This document shows positions 29,553 to 34,325 of a DNA stretch of 34,325 nucleotides, piece by piece. Numbering within the stretch: the first letter of the stretch is position 1; every line of letters begins with the position of its first letter. The notes under the pieces are model-generated. The model saw nothing but the letters and a program-made list of their open reading frames with translations, did not search any database and was not told the origin of the DNA. The DNA is from an uncultured Methanosarcinales archaeon. GTDB taxonomy: Archaea > Halobacteriota > Methanosarcinia > Methanosarcinales > Methanogasteraceae. Location of the stretch: contig CBDUQO010000003.1 in NCBI GenBank assembly GCA_965369365.1, positions 1-34,325 on the forward strand, in the 5' to 3' direction. The position numbers and the translations under genes were made by a program.

Positions 29553-30232
29553 ACATGTTGATGGATATTCAAAACACAATTGGGCGGGCAAGTGACGTTC
29601 TTCCGATTGTTGATTCCAAATTCGAGAAAGCATGCCTCTGGATTATGACCGAAGCCTTCAAACAAATGAAACGAGAAAAACGCTATGATGTAACATGGAA
29701 AGAAACTTGTTTTTCTGCTTGTTTAGTTGGGCACATGCAAAAAATAAGACATGAAAATGATATCGCATTGAGAATCGATCCGGAAAGCCATTTATACCGA
29801 GAAGAGATGTTAAACTGTACTGAAGATCCTGATACTGCTCCCAGAATTGACATTAAAATCTCTGGGGGCTGGGTACACGAGAACGTATATTATGGAATAG
29901 AAGGAAAAGTTTTGGTAGAAAACGATTGGGGAACACGCACTGCCAGTGATTCACGTCGTCGATATATCGCTACTGGAATTGATAATTTCGTCAACGGTAG
30001 ATATTCGGACAAACTGGATATGGGCTGTATGGTGGGATATGTAGTTCAAGGGCGCGCCTCTGGAATTGCCTCAAAAATCAACAATTTGCTGGCACGCGAT
30101 GGACGAAATAAAGAAAAGATGATGAATCCGCACTCAATTAACGGTTGTTCAGATTGTTTTCGGTCAAACCACACACGTACCACGGACAATAAAGAAATAA
30201 AACTCTGCCACGTCTTTTTAACATTTGTTTAA
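29549..30232 (+). CDS. Hypothetical protein, predicted PD-(D/E)xK nuclease
   Basis: E...RIDIKI...GIEGK followed by YI..GIDNFVNGRY and GCMVGYV; TTGA overlap with the MTase stop. Confidence 0.7.
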   Translation: MNMLMDIQNTIGRASDVLPIVDSKFEKACLWIMTEAFKQMKREKRYDVTWKETCFSACLVGHMQKIRHENDIALRIDPESHLYREEMLNCTEDPDTAPRIDIKISGGWVHENVYYGIEGKVLVENDWGTRTASDSRRRYIATGIDNFVNGRYSDKLDMGCMVGYVVQGRASGIASKINNLLARDGRNKEKMMNPHSINGCSDCFRSNHTRTTDNKEIKLCHVFLTFV

Positions 30233-30251
30233 GGGATTTATTCAATGTACT

Positions 30252-30451
30252 CATCAGTTCCGAAACCCCTTTACTTCCAAACCGGAAAAGCATATGAAAG
30301 ATGGTTTCACCCAATTCCAAATGCTTTTTACTCTTCAATCTGGTAATATCTTGATACGCCCCCCATTTTGATTATCTCTCCAAAATATCCTTTTCCATGC
30401 CGCATTTGCATGACAATCTTCATCCAAAACTACGCCATTTCGGAAGTACTG
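30252..30451. mobile_element. MITE-like element, right copy (~200 bp)
   Basis: Begins catcagttccgaaa and ends tttcggaagtactg; shares tatgaaaga, tccaaatg.tttttactc.tcaatctg.taatat and catgacaat with the left copy; followed by AAAAT. Confidence 0.75.
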
Positions 30452-30517
30452 AAAATGGTGTGGGGCAAACGATTCCCGCCTGACAGCCCGTTTCACCGAT
30501 CGTTATCGTCCGTCCCA

Positions 30518-31336
30518 TCATGCCTCTGGAAATCGCTGCTTCCGCTTGATCTCCTCGACCCGAGCATTCAAACTCCGGTTAAGCTCCTCTCGCACCCCCA
30601 CCACGTCGCTGTCGCTGTAATAGTCGATCCGTGCGGCGATCGTTAGTTTCGAGGCGAACATGCGTGCGATTTTGCCGCGCAGGTGGCGAGGGGACGCGTG
30701 GATGATGGGGTGCATGAAGATGATGCCGTGCTTTGGGGGGGAGGCTCCGCGCAGGTGGCGAAACATCGCCCGGTTCGCACCAAGCACCTGCAGGCGGCTT
30801 GCTGGCATCCGGGATAGTTTATCGAGACCGCCTGCGATGGCAAGCAGCCTTGCAGCAAGCAGGGCACCTGCAAGGTGTGTGAGGTTTGGGGAAACGCATG
30901 GCATCTGATCCTGAATATGTGCAACAAGCATTTTTTTGCTCTCGCTTATGTCCCGTAGATTCTGTGCAAGGCTGCGCATAGCATCCGGGACGTTATTATG
31001 ATGATCTTCCACGATTTTCCTGGCAAGTTCTCTTGACTCCGGGATTGACCCCTGGTAAAAAGAATACCATTCAAACAGACGCTCACTAAGAAGGTTTGAG
31101 ACTTCGTTCAGCGTGTCAAGCGCTTCGATGTCCTGGATAACTCGTTTATCCCCGGATGCAAACAACGGGAGTAAAATTTGCTTTTTTGCAAGTTCGATGG
31201 TTATCTCATGCAATAAAACTCGATATTCATCTTCAGAACTGACAACCCCCGAATCGAACAACCACGCACGAAGATTTGTTACCGGACTTTTAAAGCCCGG
31301 TAATAACCTGCGAACAATCGCAGATGGATCTGCCAT
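30518..31336 (-). CDS. nop5: Box C/D RNP scaffold Nop5/Nop56
   Basis: NLLSERLFEWY, PNLTHLAG..LAARL, MPASRLQVLGANRAMFRHL, PPKHGII, RGKIAR..A.KL.IAARID. Confidence 0.92.
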   Translation of the reverse strand: MADPSAIVRRLLPGFKSPVTNLRAWLFDSGVVSSEDEYRVLLHEITIELAKKQILLPLFASGDKRVIQDIEALDTLNEVSNLLSERLFEWYSFYQGSIPESRELARKIVEDHHNNVPDAMRSLAQNLRDISESKKMLVAHIQDQMPCVSPNLTHLAGALLAARLLAIAGGLDKLSRMPASRLQVLGANRAMFRHLRGASPPKHGIIFMHPIIHASPRHLRGKIARMFASKLTIAARIDYYSDSDVVGVREELNRSLNARVEEIKRKQRFPEA

Positions 31337-31337
31337 T

Positions 31338-31760
31338 TCAATCCTTGATCACGATTGGCACATTCGCCTCGCGTGTGAACATGATTGGCAGAACATTCAA
31401 CACCCCAATCAGGTCACCTTCCTCAATCTCACCAGTCTCCTGCCCGAGTATGTATGCAACCTTGATGCAGCGGTCACTCTCAACAGGGGCAATACCTGCT
31501 CCGGATCCAACACGCACAACCGACACGAGTGCGTGAGGGGAAAATGCGCACAGAAGGGCAAGTAAATCTCTCTGCAAAACGATCTCCCTAATTCTGATCT
31601 TCTCAAACGCACCCTTTGCAATCGTTATATTCTCATCTGCAACGACCATCTCCCATTTGGCGCGGGTCGCTATCGTGAATTCGTAAGGCGATGCCTCGAC
31701 CCTGACTCTTTTTGGTCCATGGTCGGTTGAAGAAACTATCTGTATGGTTTGAGATGCCAT
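31338..31760 (-). CDS. DUF22 family archaeal protein
   Basis: RAKWEMVVADE, HALVSVV, GEIEEGDLIGVLNV; start chosen at MASQ 31760 (track 31859). Confidence 0.7.
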   Translation of the reverse strand: MASQTIQIVSSTDHGPKRVRVEASPYEFTIATRAKWEMVVADENITIAKGAFEKIRIREIVLQRDLLALLCAFSPHALVSVVRVGSGAGIAPVESDRCIKVAYILGQETGEIEEGDLIGVLNVLPIMFTREANVPIVIKD

Positions 31761-32007
31761 GTCTTCACATAATGATTTATGATATAATAGTTTTTCCAAA
31801 AACCGCAAAGCCATAAAATGGGGTGCGATGGGGTGCGCTCGCCTGCTCATGACGTGCATTAGCCCAACAACAGTCAGAACCCCCCGAATGCCCCCTAATT
31901 TTCTTGCACCAAATCAGGATAACTACGACTTATTTCGAAGTTTAAGCAAAGCATATATCCAATTAATCCACAATTCCATCTGTACCCGATCTGAAAGGTG
32001 AATCGCA

Positions 32008-34325
32008 ATGAGAAAAGCATTAGTATCTGACATTCTATCACTGACATGCATCGCAGTGATTGTCTTGTCAGGCTGCATCGAGACCGGCACCCTCTCTGAT
32101 AGGGGCAACGATACGCCCGCCGAGGTTGCCGATTACCTGATACTTGCCCCGAAGACACTCTTTGTCGGAAGTGAGAGTTCGATTAGCATGTCCGCGTTTA
32201 CAGGCGACGAACACATCCCCGCCGAACGGCACATTGAGTGCGCGCTTCTGGATAGCAACAAAACTAAAGTTTCTCTCGTTCGCGCATCAACGGGCGAATC
32301 CGGGCACTCGGTCGCACGATTCGAGGTTCCTCTAATCGAGGAAGGCACGTATTCGCTAGTTGCAGAGCCTGTTGGTACTGATGAGTCATACACTGCAACA
32401 GTCAGGGTTTTGAAGAGCAACCCGATCTTTATCGAGACTGACAAGCCAATCTACAAGCCCGGACAGACGATCCACGGCAGACTCCTCCTCCTGAACAACA
32501 ACCTCTTACCACTTGCAGATTCCGTGGAACTGGAGATTGCCGACGCGAAAGGGATCAAAGTCTTTCGGGAGACGCTTGGCACGAATGATTTCGGCGTAGC
32601 CACGTTCGATCTGCCACTATCAACCGAACCGAATCTCGGGACATGGAAGATCAAAGCAGTCTCTGGCAAATCAAAGGCGGTCCTGGATATCCTGGTCGAG
32701 CGCTACGTGCTCCCCAAGTTTGGGATTGAGTCGGATATGGGAAAAGACTGGTTCCTTGTCTCTGACCTGATCACGGGCACCGTCTCCGCGAACTACTTCT
32801 TCGGAAAACCGGTCGAGGGTTCTCTTGAGATCGAGGCGTCAAAGTATGTCGGCACCTGGGAAACTTACGCCACATACAGCGCAATTCTCGAGAACGGCTC
32901 TGCCAAGTTCGAACTACCAGCCGTAAAGTGGATCGCAGGGACTTACGGTGCAGGTGGGCAGGGCAGCCTCATGCTGAACATTTCGGTCACAGATACGGGG
33001 AATCACACCGAGACTACGACAGAACTCCTGAAAATCGTGGAATCGGACATGATTCTCAATCTGATCCCCGAATCCAACATCGTGAAGCCAGGACTCCCGT
33101 TTGAGGTACTGATCGTGACCGAAGACCCTGACGGAAACCCAATCAATGCGGACGTTGATGTGAGAACCACGTTCCGCCAGGAGGGTTACACTGAAACCGG
33201 TAGAGAAGATGCTGTTTCGACTAAAAATGGGGTTGCTATCGTGAGTTACGTTATCCCGGGCAATTGCACAGGCACCCTAATCGAAGCAACATGCTGTGAC
33301 TCAAGCGGCTCAACAGTGTGGCAGTGTGTGGATCTTGATGCTGCGTACTCCCCCGGTGCAAGCTTCATCCACATCGCACAGACGAGCGAGGGCGTGCCAT
33401 ATATCGGCGACACGATCACCTTTACCATACGCTCGACCAACCCCGGCACGGTATTCTATGACATCTACGCGAACGGTAGAACCGTGTACTCGGGCACTGG
33501 TGAGCGATCAGAGATTGCGGTTCGGGTCACGCCACAGATGAGTCCATCTGCAAAGATCGTGGCATATATGATCAACCCGAATTGTGAGGTCTCTGCCGAC
33601 GTCTTACCATTTGACGTTCGTTTCGAGACGAGCGTTGATCTAACGTCGGCTTTTGATAGCGAGACCGTATCCCCGGGTGACTCAGTGCGAGTTGCCTTTG
33701 ATGCAGGGGAAAAGTCGATGATCGGCGTCGCAATCGTTGACGAATCGGTCTATGCGCTGAGTGCTGGCAGGCTCAACCTCAAGCAGGTCTTTGACGAGCT
33801 GGAAAAGCGGTTCATGGAACCTCAGATCGAGATCCATCCGGAATATGGCTATTATGACCGGCGTATCGGAACATACGAGATTCTGGATGATGCAGGCATG
33901 CAAGTGCTCGCATCGTCGTCGTTTAAGATTCCAAAGACGCCTGAGTCGGAAATGCAGGTTCCGGATGCAGTGGGGAAGTGGAAAGGGGGCGCAAACAGGG
34001 AGTTTGCGATGGACGTGGCGGTTGAGGAAAGTTTGGACGGGGCATCGGCGGTGGACGGGATGGGGGAACCTGTGCCCGGTACTGCACCAAACGCGGCAGA
34101 GACTGGCGAACTCGCAGTGGTCAAGCGCGTGCGCCAGTTTTTCCCGGAGACATGGCTCTGGCTGCCGAACCTCCTCACCGATGAAAATGGTCGTACGTAC
34201 ATCGATCTCACCACACCGGACAGCATCACGACATGGCGGCTTCATGCGGTCTCGTCATCAGGTGCGGGCATCGGGATATCAGAGGACAGTCTCACAGTAT
34301 TTCAGGAGTTCTTCCTCGATCCTGA
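32008..34325 (+). CDS. Alpha-2-macroglobulin/thioester-protein family lipoprotein (partial, runs off the window)
   Basis: Open frame from ATG 32008 (GGTGA RBS) to the window edge, 772 codons; lipobox LSGC; FIETDKPIYKPGQ, VERYVLPKF, YFFGKPV, KPGLPF, IVDESV, VRQFFPETWLW, PDSITTW, VFQEFF. Confidence 0.93.
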   Translation, partial: MRKALVSDILSLTCIAVIVLSGCIETGTLSDRGNDTPAEVADYLILAPKTLFVGSESSISMSAFTGDEHIPAERHIECALLDSNKTKVSLVRASTGESGHSVARFEVPLIEEGTYSLVAEPVGTDESYTATVRVLKSNPIFIETDKPIYKPGQTIHGRLLLLNNNLLPLADSVELEIADAKGIKVFRETLGTNDFGVATFDLPLSTEPNLGTWKIKAVSGKSKAVLDILVERYVLPKFGIESDMGKDWFLVSDLITGTVSANYFFGKPVEGSLEIEASKYVGTWETYATYSAILENGSAKFELPAVKWIAGTYGAGGQGSLMLNISVTDTGNHTETTTELLKIVESDMILNLIPESNIVKPGLPFEVLIVTEDPDGNPINADVDVRTTFRQEGYTETGREDAVSTKNGVAIVSYVIPGNCTGTLIEATCCDSSGSTVWQCVDLDAAYSPGASFIHIAQTSEGVPYIGDTITFTIRSTNPGTVFYDIYANGRTVYSGTGERSEIAVRVTPQMSPSAKIVAYMINPNCEVSADVLPFDVRFETSVDLTSAFDSETVSPGDSVRVAFDAGEKSMIGVAIVDESVYALSAGRLNLKQVFDELEKRFMEPQIEIHPEYGYYDRRIGTYEILDDAGMQVLASSSFKIPKTPESEMQVPDAVGKWKGGANREFAMDVAVEESLDGASAVDGMGEPVPGTAPNAAETGELAVVKRVRQFFPETWLWLPNLLTDENGRTYIDLTTPDSITTWRLHAVSSSGAGIGISEDSLTVFQEFFLDP

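Larger units (their letters stand above)
26070..30451. mobile_element. Putative non-autonomous composite transposon carrying an RM-like module
   Basis: Outer TIRs match 13/14; AAAAT at 26065-26069 and 30452-30456; cargo is visibly AT-richer than the flanks; no transposase inside. Confidence 0.65.

Noticed and set aside
30138-30646. ORFs 30138-30338 and 30368-30646 as transposase remnants
   Set aside because: No DDE or other transposase motif recognised; they overlap the MITE and real genes
32133-34245. Several minus-strand ORFs at the right end
   Set aside because: Antisense shadows of the uninterrupted plus-strand A2M frame

Overview
Archaeal chromosomal window. Gene content (Csl4, Nop5, archaeal-type ProRS, RtcA, DUF22, CheF-like, KaiC-like) fits Methanosarcinales, possibly ANME-2-like; the taxonomy is inferred. 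From left to right: (1) a repeat-rich non-coding start; (2) a signal-transduction cluster with an MCP-like receptor lacking its signalling domain, a CheF-like protein and a KaiC-like ATPase, converging on a PAS histidine kinase and two RsbR-like STAS sensors; (3) housekeeping genes (LysE family, purD, proS, csl4), a decayed DUF86/HEPN toxin, hppA and a CDF-NifX fusion; (4) a PocR-GAF-multi-PAS sensor with a near-identical internal duplication and an in-frame TAG; (5) TauE, a hypothetical gene, an amidohydrolase, a CBS protein, rtcA and lysA; (6) an AT-rich ~4.4 kb island (RHH regulator, ~1000-aa N6-adenine MTase, stand-alone PD-(D/E)xK nuclease) bracketed by two MITE-like copies and a 5-bp AAAAT duplication; (7) nop5 and DUF22; (8) a lipoprotein alpha-2-macroglobulin/thioester-protein gene with animal-type motifs that runs off the right edge and is missing from the ORF track. 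The best candidates for new biology are the MITE-bounded split RM-like module and the archaeal A2M. All calls come from manual motif recognition; no searches were run.
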